DNA from: Elsinoe ampelina
Lineage: Eukaryota
Length of the DNA: 64,000 bases
Direction: 5' to 3'
NCBI GenBank assembly: GCA_010093995.1
Contig: ML992527.1
Span: 1-64,000 of the forward strand
The first letter of the stretch is position 1, and each line of letters starts with the position of its first letter. The translations under genes and the position numbers were made by a program. Positions 1 through 10,655 of this stretch are shown here, one piece after another. A model generated the notes under the pieces. The model was not told the DNA's origin. It did no database searches and saw only the letters and a list, made by a program, of their open reading frames with translations.

Positions 1-265
1 AAGAAGACTATAATAGTACTAGTAATAACTCTACTACTATCTCTTTCTCTTATAAAGTATTAACTACCTCTTTAGCCTTATAAGTAGCTCTTAAAGGCCT
101 CTTATTATAAGCTAGCTAGTAGTAAGGGGGGGTAGTAGAGTACTTTTCAGCTATTATATACTTACGTAAAGGTATACTACCTTTATTACACCTTATTTCA
201 GCTTTAATTTTAGTTAACAATGACAAATTTACAACTATATACTATCTAGACCTCTAGCCACTAAA
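1..265. mobile_element. AT-rich, RIP-like degenerated repeat/transposon relic (continues off the window edge)
   Basis: Very AT-rich with a strong excess of TpA (TAG/TAA/CTA) and depletion of CpA/TpG; abrupt switch to normal composition at ~270. Confidence 0.65.
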
Positions 266-683
266 ATTTGCAGCTCAGAAGTCGGTAAAGCGTACGCCAA
301 GCCTGGGGGTGGCTCGTTTGAACTGAAAAGCCCTGTAAATGAGGCGGGGTCAGAGCAGGTTGTGGATCATCAGGATCATCAGGATCCTCAAGCCACAAGG
401 CCAATTTGCCATGATCTACCAATCACAGCGTCACGGTACCTGGATGTGGCCATTGCTCTTGACGGCTGACCAAGGCACGATCCTGGTTCATGCTTGGATC
501 CTCTTCGATCCTGGCACATCAGACGACGAGAAGAGCTTGACAGAGGTGATGTATGTGGATATTAGCCGGCCGATTTGGGATTGATGGGTGTCACGCAGTC
601 GGCCCTTTCATGAGGTCCAGTTGAATATCTTCCTCTCCTTCACAGTCGTTTGTTCCTTAGGCATCTTCGAAAGACAGCAGAAG

Positions 684-1579
684 ATGAAGTTCTCGTTAAC
701 GTCGGTCCTTGCTGGACTCTTGATTGCGCCAACTGTATTGACTCAGACTGTGCTTCCGACTACACCTAGTCCGACGTTGACTGCGACTCCGGCGCCGACG
801 GGTGGGAATAGCACATCTAGCAGACCTACGACGACTTCGAGATCGGGAGCGAATGCTGGTGCGCCGCCGGATGTCTATCTCAATGTGCCAGAGTTGTCAG
901 TGGGAAGGATTGAGCTGAACGTGGATGATCTCAGAGCCGATAGTATGTAGACTGGACGTGGTCATCTCAGAAATGATACTGATACTTGACAGTCAACTTG
1001 AATGCCAAAGTCGCTTCGCTCGTCACTCTGAATGCGGGTGTCCAACTCTCCGTGCAGAACATCAATCTCACCATTGCGGACGTGAATGTCGAGCTAGAGC
1101 TGGTAGTCCGCCTCGGCCATCTAGTAGATATCGTCAATCGGGTCTTCGAGTCCGTCGATCTCAACCCGCTGATCGTCAGCATCGGTAATGCCACCGAAAG
1201 TCTTGTCGGCGCCATTGTCAGCGAAGTCGACGGTCTGCTCGGGACCATCACCCAAGGCGGCACCACACTTTCCTTCATCGTAGACAGCCTCGGCAACATC
1301 GTCCAGCAAGTCACAGGCGGCGCAGGTGGAGCGCTCGACACCATCGTTGGTAACTTCCAGCAGAACATGACGCTCACCGGTCCACTCACCCAACTCGGCA
1401 ACGGCCTGTCCAAGGGGACCTACTCGTACTCACCCCTCAACGCTCTGGTCGACATTGTCACCAACACAGCCGGTCAGGTCGTCAGTGCCATGGTCCAAAA
1501 GACCAAGCCTGGCACAGGAGGATCCACCAGCTCGACGACAGCAGCAGCGACATCATCCGCCGCACCAACAAGTACATGA
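684..1579 (+). CDS. Secreted uncharacterised protein, 281 aa (exons 684-942, 993-1579)
   Basis: Signal peptide MKFSLTSVLAGLLIAPTVLT, Thr/Pro/Ser linker, intron GTATGT..CTGAT..ACAG joins the frames (LRAD-I-NLNAKV); amphipathic beta-rich core PDVYLNVPELSVGRIEL.. Confidence 0.85.
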
Positions 1580-1658
1580 GAAAAACGCATGATCGGGCCA
1601 GACAGAACCCCAGTATATACGACAGCAATTCAAACACAGAATTACCCATCAGTCCTGC

Positions 1659-2734
1659 CTACCTTTCCTTCTCCCCCTCCTTCCTCTCCCACCTGACCAT
1701 CACTTCCTCCGCGTAAGCCGCCACCCCTCTGCACTCCTCTCCATACTCCCCACACCTCGCTGCCGCCACAAAACTCCTCTTGACAAACCCCCAATCATCC
1801 ATCCCCTCGGTGGCAAACTCTTCCAGCTCCCCACTTAGAGGCTTCTCCCCTCCCCACAATCCCCTCCCGCCTTTCGACCGGCTAGGCACCCTCTTCAGCA
1901 CCCTCTGCCACAACCCCTGACCCTTCGAGTGCCCTTCCCCTTGTCCCTGCCCACCTCCCATTCCCTCCCCAGTTCCCTGCTTCCCCTGCCTTCCCAACCC
2001 CTCGCTCCCTCTCGGTTGCGTCGCCACGAAAGCCAACAACACCGTCTCCCCCTTCCACCTCCCCCACACCCCCGCCGTGTCCCAAATAACCCATTGCGCG
2101 GCGCCAATGACCTGTGCTTCTCTTGTAGCGCGGTACTCTTCGCGTCCGCGGGAGGTGATGAAGGCGGACTTGAGCGCGGCGGTCTCAAAGGTGGTGAGCG
2201 GGAAGCCGTGGGAGGTGAGGGAGGCGAGGTAGGATTGGTGCCGGGGGAAGGAGAGGAGGAGTTTGGGGGAGAAGGGGTTGGGGGTAGTAGAGGTGGATAG
2301 TGAGGAAGAGGGGAGAGGGAGATTGTGCTCTTGTAGACGCGCCAGGAGGGGGGCCTCGAGGGGAGAGGGTTAGCTTGGGGAGGGACGGGCAGGAACGGAT
2401 AGAGGTCGAGAGAACAGGGCGGTGAAACTGAGGGAAGGGGGCTGGGGGAAAGGGGCAAACGTACCAGTGGTCCGCCGCTCAGAGAGACGGCTTTCAGGAA
2501 GATGGGCGGGGTGATCGTATGGGATCTGCAGAGCGACGTCGGTGCAGGTGTCGTTGAAGAGCCAGGCAGAGAAGCCGACTCCCGAAGCGCAGTCGGTGAG
2601 ATTCTCGATCGTTTCAGGGAGACTTGGTGCCGAGCTGCCAGCGGAGATGTAGGCTGTTACGGTGTTGAAGATGCGGATGGAGAGAAGCATACGGGGTCCA
2701 TCACGCTCGGCGGAGAAGGAGAGCGGACGGGCAT
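1659..2734 (-). CDS. Hypothetical protein (probably 2 introns; 5' structure uncertain)
   Basis: Open frame 2354 to 1659 (APLLARLQEHNL...VMVRWERKEGEKER*); GTACGT donor at 2464 with GCTAAC branch; candidate ATG at 2734. Confidence 0.45.
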
Positions 2735-3134
2735 CTTGATTGTACATGTAGAGAGGAACAAGGAAAGTATGGATACTGGAGTGAGGACAGGAGAAGAGGG
2801 GATAGGATCTACCTGCTTGATGGGAACATCGTTGTTACCTGAAGGAGTTTGTGCTACAACACTGCGCACATGAGCAGCCCAGAAAGCGATGAGTGGTAGC
2901 CATGCTGATCCAACGATCTTATTCGTGACACACATAACATCAGAGCCTGTTCTCGGTGTCACAGCAGTCGGGAAGTGGGTGTGGTCGGCGTTACTGACCC
3001 CGATCAAGTGGGACGCAAGAGGAAAGGTTGCACGTGAAGCTGAAGTGGGATTTTGAATTCAAGCTCGAACGTCATCCCTCTTCCAACTTCTTCCTGCGAA
3101 CACGGCATCTAACATTCGCACATGTACAGTCGCC

Positions 3135-4216
3135 ATGTCAGCCAAGATTCAGAAGACAATCGCCCGGCAACAGCAGAAGTAAGTCTAGCTTGACCAAGTA
3201 CCGATATACCACTAATCATTCGGTAGGGTTGAAGAGGGACAGTACTACGAAGCTCACCAGCAACTCCGGGTGATCGCGAGCCGCTATGTCAAGACATCTG
3301 ATTGGGAGTCCGCCGTGGACATACTAAGCCAAGGTGCGACCATGCTCCTGAAAGCGAATCAAGGTGGCAGCGGAGGTGATCTCTGCATGTTCCTCATGGA
3401 CGTCTACAACAAGGGAGAGCTGGAGGCAGACATCAAAAACAAGGCACGGCTGTTGTACTTGCTCAGAGCGTTTCCAAAGAACGAACCGACCAAGAAGAGA
3501 TTTGTGGGAGAAATTGTCGCCTGGTCGAGCAAGAATTCACCATATCCGGCGGGAGATCCGGAGCTGCATCATGTGGCCGGGACTATGTTCGCAGAAGGTA
3601 GATCTCTCTGGGAGCCTTTTTGATAACGGACAGCTGATCATGAACAGAGGGCGAAGCATTGGACGCCGAACGACATCTTGTACTTGGCACAAACGATTCG
3701 CCAGCAGTCTTTGCCAGCCTCGAATACGAATGGTACAAGTCAGACGAGCCCTCGACAGCGCCACTATACGTCGCCAGAGCGGTAATACCATATCTCCTGG
3801 TCGGAAACATCCGAGCAGCGAACAAGGTCTGGCTTCTCTTCACCTCGAAATTAGCATCGACACCCGGCCTCAGCGTACAAGAAGTTGGATCAGCGTCTTC
3901 AGATCTCAGAGTCTACCCAAGCTTACCGCTCATGAACTTCCTCGGTCTATTACTTTTGTCGATACAACGTGGATCTGCAGATCTATTCAGACAGCTGAAG
4001 GCGCAGTACGGGTCACATATTAAAGAGGTTGGGTCATGGGATGAAGCACTGGCGCAACTTGGAGAGATGTACTTCCAGATCAAGATACCTAGCCAGAGCA
4101 ATCCGCTGATGGACATGATGGGAAGCTTCCTTATGGGAGGAGGCATGGGTGGCGGACAGAAGAAGCCTCCATCTGGAAGAGGAGGAGGACCAGCTCCGCC
4201 GCCTGCTTTGGACTAA
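3135..4216 (+). CDS. GET4: Golgi-to-ER traffic protein Get4 (exons 3135-3178, 3227-3597, 3648-4216)
   Basis: MSAKIQKTIARQQQKVEEGQYYEAHQQLRVIA, GDPELHH and DAERHLVLG motifs; canonical introns. Confidence 0.93.
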
Positions 4217-4385
4217 CAGCAATACCCAGTCACACGATGACGAAGTTGATGAGCCATGTACAGCGCTTCAATACGCCAGACTATAATGCAAAGAAGACCT
4301 TCTACCGATCACCCAGCATGCCATTCCCATCTCCCATGAACCCCCTTAACGCCTCGCTAAACGCCCTCAATGCACCTCTATCAAC

Positions 4386-5021
4386 TCATGCCCTCTTCGC
4401 AATCCTCCCCTCAACCTCCCTCTCCAACGCCTCCAACTCCTTCACCCCCTCCTTCTCCGGCCCCACACTCTCAAACTCCCTCCCCTCCTTAACCCACTCC
4501 CTCGCCTCCTCCCACCTGCCCATCTCCTTGAGACAAGTCCCCCTCCTCCACCACCCCTTCACATTCCCCACCTTCTTCAACTCAACGCTACACTCGGCAT
4601 CCACCGCCGCGCCCGCCCAATCCTTCTCCCCCATCCTCGCCTGCGCCCTGTTGCCGTACAACGCCGACAGTTCCTCCCGGACCAAGGCCGAAGGCTCCCA
4701 CACCGGTCGTTGGAACGCCATGTCGATCGCCAGGCTGTACATGCGGATCGCGTCCGCGTAGGCGCCTCTTTTGAAAGAAGCGTTGCCTGCTTCGCGGAGT
4801 TTGGTGATTTGGGCGGAGCGTTTTGGGTTGACGGGGACGGGGGGAGGGGGTACGCCGGCGGGGGCGGTGGTGGTGTCCAGGTCTTTGATGAGGGAGCGGT
4901 GGAGGGTGTTGAGGGAGAGGAGTTCGGTGGTCAAGGCGGTGCTGGTTTGGGGGGAGAGGATGGATTTGGTGGTGGGGTCGATTTGGAGGGGGAGTTGGGT
5001 GAAGGTGTCGGGGCTTTCCAT
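4386..5021 (-). CDS. SEC72: Translocation protein Sec72 (TPR)
   Basis: LNTLHRSL..PPPPVPVNPKRSAQITKLRE.GN..RPVWEP..REELS.LY.NRAQA, typical of fungal Sec72. Confidence 0.9.
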   Translation of the reverse strand: MESPDTFTQLPLQIDPTTKSILSPQTSTALTTELLSLNTLHRSLIKDLDTTTAPAGVPPPPVPVNPKRSAQITKLREAGNASFKRGAYADAIRMYSLAIDMAFQRPVWEPSALVREELSALYGNRAQARMGEKDWAGAAVDAECSVELKKVGNVKGWWRRGTCLKEMGRWEEAREWVKEGREFESVGPEKEGVKELEALEREVEGRIAKRA

Positions 5022-5476
5022 CGTGGGTGGTTATGTGATGAGTCGGTGGATGGTATTGGGAGATGGCTGGGTGGGTTGCAGGAGGAGGGGCGAGGTTGTC
5101 CAAGATGGGCTGGATTTCTTGGAGGACACATGTTCAGCTTCACTTTTCGGAGCCGAGGTTTCCCCGAACAGGGTTCAAGGCAAGCACTTGTGGGGCAACA
5201 TGGTCGGGTAAATTCTTGCATTACTGTCGTCGATGCTGGATCTCGAATCGGACTTCTATGGTCATGGCCGCCGGGTATCCCATGCTCTGTACTGTACAAA
5301 CCACCCCCGCTATGCTCGCAATTGGTGGTCGAAGAAAAGAAACCCATGCTCGCTGCGATGCTGCTGATGCCATTGACGCCGGTCGAAAACTTGAAGGTTC
5401 TGTACTGAATGTTCATGTCGTAGTGGACGTTACGGGCAGTCCTCTGATCGTCCATTGATCATCGGGCTTTCTATGC

Positions 5477-6563
5477 TCAGTCGTCGCCAGGGTCGTCCTT
5501 GTCTTCATCGAAGAAACGTGGCAAGTAGAATTTGGTGTTCTCGTAAACGAGGAAAGTGACGCAGGTAGACGGTAGAACCCTGATAAGATTGGGTCCAAGA
5601 CTAGATGGTTAGCCAACGGAGACTCGTGCAAGTGAAGAGCTTACCCTCGGTAGAATCCCCAGATTCCTTCTTTCTTAAAGACTTGCTTGATAACATCCCT
5701 CGCACTGCTGTACCTCTGTCCTGCATTGTAGATCTGTAGTCTGGATCTGACCACTTGGTAGGGGTAGGTAACACTGCCGGCAAACATCTTACTCGTCGCA
5801 CTCAAGAGCAAGAAGTCACCATTGGTAAGCTTGTCCTTTCCACCACGAGTGACGCTCCATGAGTTCTTGAGTTGTTCATATGCCATGAACTGGATAGCTC
5901 CATGAGAAACGCCAAATAGAGATGGTGTGAGTCCGCGGTAGAATCCTTTGAGTCCTTCGGTCTGCCAGAGTTCCTTGGTACCATGTGCGATAGACTGATA
6001 AGCTCCAGGGGCGTTCTTTCCAGTAGACAGCATCCTCGTCTTGATGACCCAGATCGGATTCGTGAAAACCGCGGTGAGAATCCCAGAGGCTCCAGAGGCA
6101 AGGAAATAATCGGCAGAAGTCAAACGATCACCTTCACCACGCGCACGTCTTACCAGATCTTTGATGTTCCCGTACCTGACAGCCAATTAGTAATAGTCAT
6201 TGTGAAGTGCAAAAGTTCTGCTTACCACATGAAATACAATCCCCAGCTGACCGAGTTGCCTATCATGTTTGGCATGAGCCCCCTGTAGAGTGCCTTGTAT
6301 GACCCTTCATTCTGAATGATGTCCTTCACAATGCGGACGGTATCTCCGACCTGCGCGCGAGATTCGAGATTGACTTGACCGTCAGCAAATTATGTACGGG
6401 TCATCTTACTTGACATACTTTGCAGTCTGGTCTTGACCACGTCGAAAGGATGGACAGCGAGGGTTGAAACAATGCCCGCCGAAAATCCCGCCACGCTCTC
6501 TACGAGAGACGGTGAGATGTTGGAGTTTCCGCGCCCCTCGATGGGTGGGTAAACCCTGGGCAT
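5477..6563 (-). CDS. FLX1: Mitochondrial FAD/folate carrier (SLC25A32/Flx1-like), multi-exon
   Basis: Three carrier signatures: HPFDVVKTRLQ, NPIWVIKTRM, YPYQVVRSRLQ; last exon LGPNLIRVLPSTCVTFLVYE..*. Confidence 0.85.
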
Positions 6564-7159
6564 CTTGTTTGATGCAATGTGGTGTTGCAAGAATACTCGT
6601 GTATCATGCTGACAGGTCGCGTATAGATGTGTATAGTGTATGCTGCATGGTAGGAAACAAGATGCGCAAAAGGTGAAGTTTATTGTTGGTTGTGAATTCA
6701 CTGGTCCGGAGCAAACGAAGCTGGAAGCAAAATGGCGTAAGCGGGGAACATTTTTGGCAATTGACCAATCAGTGTTAATCAGTTGCGGCAATCATAAAAT
6801 AGCCGCTGCAGCCGCTGCATATGTTCAAGGCACGATTAATAGCAAGCATTGTTAAGCACAAGCATGAAATGATGCTCGAGGACGAGTTCTGAATGATTCA
6901 ATCTTTGTTTGACATTTTTTTTCGTATTGTTTTTCGTATTGTGTTGGAATATACATGGTCCTCTGGAAGAGACATCCGCTTCCGTCCTGGACCGGCATTA
7001 CCTCTTTACATGCCTTGTGGGTCCATCCTTTCTCTCGATTTTGCGCATCGTGCTACCACTGACCATGGATTACGAGTATTCAAAGAACCGTCCGTAGTCC
7101 TTCGCGACTCACGGTCCTCCCAGAACCCCTCCCCGACACCTGACTGTCACATTCAATGA

Positions 7160-7469
7160 CTAGTGATGATCACTACCATGCCCACTCCCATGTCCATGCG
7201 AATCGTCCTTGAGGAACACTTGCTCGTATGCAAGATACCCGGCGAATGCTACAGTCGCTATGCCGAGACCTGGGAATGCTCCCCGAAATCGTTGGAACCT
7301 CGTGAAGGGACCTGTGTATCGCCATGCTTCTCTGTTCTTATCTTAGCTGCCGCTTCTTGTGCCAGACCTCCTTGACCTACGCTCGCTTCCATGGATCGTT
7401 TGCTGGTTGTCCTGATGCTGCCGCAAACTTTTGTGGGTTGAACCCGGTGAGATCAGGTCGTTTTGACAT
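7160..7469 (-). CDS. NDUFB3: Complex I accessory subunit B12 / NDUFB3 (exons 7469-7381, 7331-7160)
   Basis: DPWKRA|EAWRYTGPFTRFQRFRGAFPGLGIA, a TM helix and a His-rich tail; missed by the ORF track because of the intron. Confidence 0.88.
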
Positions 7470-7917
7470 GGTGAGCCTGCAATTGATCAGCTGATGAATG
7501 CGATGACTACAATCAGACGAGACGAACAATGTCAAGCCCTTTGCGAAGCTCGAGAATTGCGCTGGTTGTGGAGCGAGAGAGATGGCCGAAAGGTGAAGTC
7601 GCAATGAGTTGCGGGCTCGGCAACTTCCGTCGCAGCTTCGACTTCGAGAACTCGCAGCTGTCCTTGAAAGAAGCAACGACGACTCACATATTCTCACACC
7701 TGCCCAGAAATACTCAGCTGCCCCGTCATCGTCCGACAGACATCAAATCGAAGTATCATCAGTGGTACAGCGACAAGACGACCACGTAACGACACAGTCC
7801 GACCAGCTCATTCAAAGCCTGCCTCGAAGAAGTCAACTAGCGGCCATGAGGCTGGACCGGTAGCAAGACACGAATTCCTTTTCACGTTACGAGCCGCAAC
7901 TCTGATCAGCATTCATA

Positions 7918-9390
7918 ATGCCTCCGGCAGTGGGTAGAATGCCCGGCCACCAAAGCAATCCTTCGAATCCCTACGCACATCTCGCTCCAGCACACAATCT
8001 TCCACACTATCAATCATTACAAAGCATTCCGCAGGCCCCGGGTGGGCATTCTAGCTTCGGCTCGATCAACTTTCCTGGCGGCATCAGTCCATTCTCGCCG
8101 GCGGCAGGCTCGATGGGTGGTCTTCAAGGTGGGGCATATGGAGGGGCAGGTCTAGGCAGTGGTTCAGGACTGGGAAGTGAAGAGGCATACCGAGGATTTG
8201 CAAGAGGCGCGGCGATGCAGCAACAACAAGCACAACACGCGGAAGCGGCACAGTTCGGCCTCAAAAGTGGCATGGCAGGGCGCATCAGAGAAGTCTGGGC
8301 AAACAATCTGGAGCAGGAAATGGTCATCTTGCGCCAACTCATCCAAAAGTATCCCTTCGTCAGCATGGACGCCGAGTTTCCGGGAATCGTCGCTCGTCCT
8401 ATAGGTAACTTCGAGAGCAAGGCGTCGTATCATTATCAAACTCTACGATGCAATGTCGATATGCTCAAACCGATCCAGCTTGGAATTACGTTGTGGTCAG
8501 TGGACGGAGAACTGCCACCCTCGCAACCAGATCGGACAGTACTCCCAAAGATGCCATACGCCAACAACTTGATGGTCTGTCCATGCACCTGGTCCTTCAA
8601 TTTCAAGTACAATCTCGACGAAGAGATGTTTGCTGAAGGATCCATCGATATGTTGAAGCAGGCCGGGCTTGACTTCAATAGGCATCAACAGAATGGCATC
8701 GAGTTCAAGGCTTTCGGGGCCGCCATGATGACCTCCGGACTGGCATTCATGGAGGAAGTCAACTGGCTCTCCTTCCATTCAGGTTACGACTTCGGCTACC
8801 TCATCAAGCTGCTCACGGCGAAGAATCTGCCAGATGACGAGGACGGATTTCGGGACTTGGTAAAGATCTACTTTCCCAAATTGTGGGACATCAAATTCCT
8901 CCTACGCCATGCACAGAGGGCGATGAATCGTCTGTCACCCACTGCAACAACAATCCTGACTGGACTCGGCACAAAATCTGGCCTTGCAGATTTGGCCAAT
9001 GAGCTGGGATGCCAGCGAGTCGGGACCGCACACACTGGGGCTTCAGACTCGTGGCTCACAGGTCAAGTCTTCTGGGCAATGCGGTCAAAAATCTTTGACA
9101 ATCAATTGCCTGATGAGCTGTCTGATCAAATCTATGGTCTGCATGGTATTGGTCCTCCTGCTTCTGCTCAAGCTAGGGATGAGTACCTCAGCAATCAAGG
9201 ACATCAGACGCCACAGACCAACGGTGCTAGCCTCGCCTTTCATACTGGCCACACGCCGTCCACGCACCAAGGTCCAAGCACTCCGACCAGCTCGCATGCA
9301 GGCATAGCAGGCACGCCAGGTCCAGGTCAATACTCCCAGCATAATCTGGGACATGGTGGATTCGGCAACTTTAGTATGGGCAACCGATAG
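7918..9390 (+). CDS. POP2: CCR4-NOT deadenylase subunit Caf1/Pop2
   Basis: IREVWANNLE..SMDAEFPG..YQTLRCNVD..FHSGYDFGYL..H.GASDS (DEDD nuclease). Confidence 0.95.
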   Translation: MPPAVGRMPGHQSNPSNPYAHLAPAHNLPHYQSLQSIPQAPGGHSSFGSINFPGGISPFSPAAGSMGGLQGGAYGGAGLGSGSGLGSEEAYRGFARGAAMQQQQAQHAEAAQFGLKSGMAGRIREVWANNLEQEMVILRQLIQKYPFVSMDAEFPGIVARPIGNFESKASYHYQTLRCNVDMLKPIQLGITLWSVDGELPPSQPDRTVLPKMPYANNLMVCPCTWSFNFKYNLDEEMFAEGSIDMLKQAGLDFNRHQQNGIEFKAFGAAMMTSGLAFMEEVNWLSFHSGYDFGYLIKLLTAKNLPDDEDGFRDLVKIYFPKLWDIKFLLRHAQRAMNRLSPTATTILTGLGTKSGLADLANELGCQRVGTAHTGASDSWLTGQVFWAMRSKIFDNQLPDELSDQIYGLHGIGPPASAQARDEYLSNQGHQTPQTNGASLAFHTGHTPSTHQGPSTPTSSHAGIAGTPGPGQYSQHNLGHGGFGNFSMGNR

Positions 9391-9835
9391 AATCGTCCGC
9401 CTTTCTCCGCGCCGGCACCTTACAGGTACGCACTTCTGCGTAATGTCTCCCAACCAGTCACACCCACACCCCCACCTCGCCATCGCACACCCACCTCAGC
9501 GCCAGCGGCAGTCGAGAATCGAACGCCTGCCCCACAATTCAACCCTCAAGCGCCTGACTGGCAAGGTCACGCCAGTAGACATGGAAGGTCGATGTCATAT
9601 CAGGGGCGATGATCCGGTGGCTATGTGTTATGATGGATGTCGCTGAGTATTGATCCTGGCGTTCTTGGCCAACGGCGGAAAATAGGAGTACAGGCCAGCG
9701 TCTAGCAAATCCATCTGTTCGAATTCCAGGAAGTTCTTCTTTGCAAACCACTGCCATCCTGTGCCTGTTCTAGTCGTGACCATGCAATAACCAACTCACT
9801 CCTTCCAAGAGACCCGTGATCCTGCATCACCCACC

Positions 9836-10474
9836 TCACCTCAACCCCACCCACGGATCCTCCAGAAAACTCGGCAGGAAATACGCCACGTCCCCGTGCT
9901 CGTTCCTGACCCCATACCTTAGATCCTGCAGGCTATACGCCGCCATGTCCACCGGCCGTGCTTTCACTCCCTCTGCATCCCCAGTCCACTTTCCCTGCCC
10001 TTCACCACCCGCCTGTACCTTCCCAGCTGGCTCCCCAACTGCGTTCCGTGGGGGAGTACTCTCGCCGGGACGAGCGGGCAGACTCTGCCCATGACTTAGA
10101 AATGCCGCCAGGCCACCGGCATGGAGGTCTTTTGCCTTTGGTTTTGATGTCTTGCCTTGACGCCCATTTTTGGGATCGTTCGTAGTCGCCTTGGCCGAGT
10201 CGCCATCCTGTCCGATGGTTGTGGTGTTCACGTCCCCGATGCCCACGGTCGCGCTCTCGGCGACGGGAGTGTCTTGTGGTGCGGCGCGAGGTTTCCGCTC
10301 TCCTAGCGCGGTGGCGTTGGCGTTGGTGCCGTGCCGTTGTGCTTGGGTTTGGAGTTGAGGGGCGTCGATGAAGGTGTTGTCGTGGAGTTTGCGTTTTTTG
10401 GCCGCCGGGGCGCCGAAAGAGGTGAAGCCCATTGCTTCGAGCATAGGGTCGGGGAGGTCTTCGGAGTCTGACAT
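9836..10474 (-). CDS. Conserved-looking hypothetical protein, 212 aa
   Basis: Intact ORF; N-terminal AMGFTSFG plus basic NLS-like KKRK; C-terminal YFLPSFLEDPW. Confidence 0.7.
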   Translation of the reverse strand: MSDSEDLPDPMLEAMGFTSFGAPAAKKRKLHDNTFIDAPQLQTQAQRHGTNANATALGERKPRAAPQDTPVAESATVGIGDVNTTTIGQDGDSAKATTNDPKNGRQGKTSKPKAKDLHAGGLAAFLSHGQSLPARPGESTPPRNAVGEPAGKVQAGGEGQGKWTGDAEGVKARPVDMAAYSLQDLRYGVRNEHGDVAYFLPSFLEDPWVGLR

Positions 10475-10655
10475 TGTTGCTTCTCGTACTGGAAGAGGTA
10501 CGGAGGATGAGGTGATTGATGGAGGTAGTGAGGCAGAGTGTGGAGTGAGGAAGGAGCATGGTAATGGAGAATGGTTGTGAGTGGCGTTGCGGGGAAGGAG
10601 TGGTCACGTGTAATTTGATATTGAGGGAATTGGAGATGGGTGGATTGGTATTTAG

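Noticed and set aside
364..390. GGATCATCA x3 micro-repeat and ORF 339-584
   Set aside because: Short slippage repeat; the ORF lacks recognisable features
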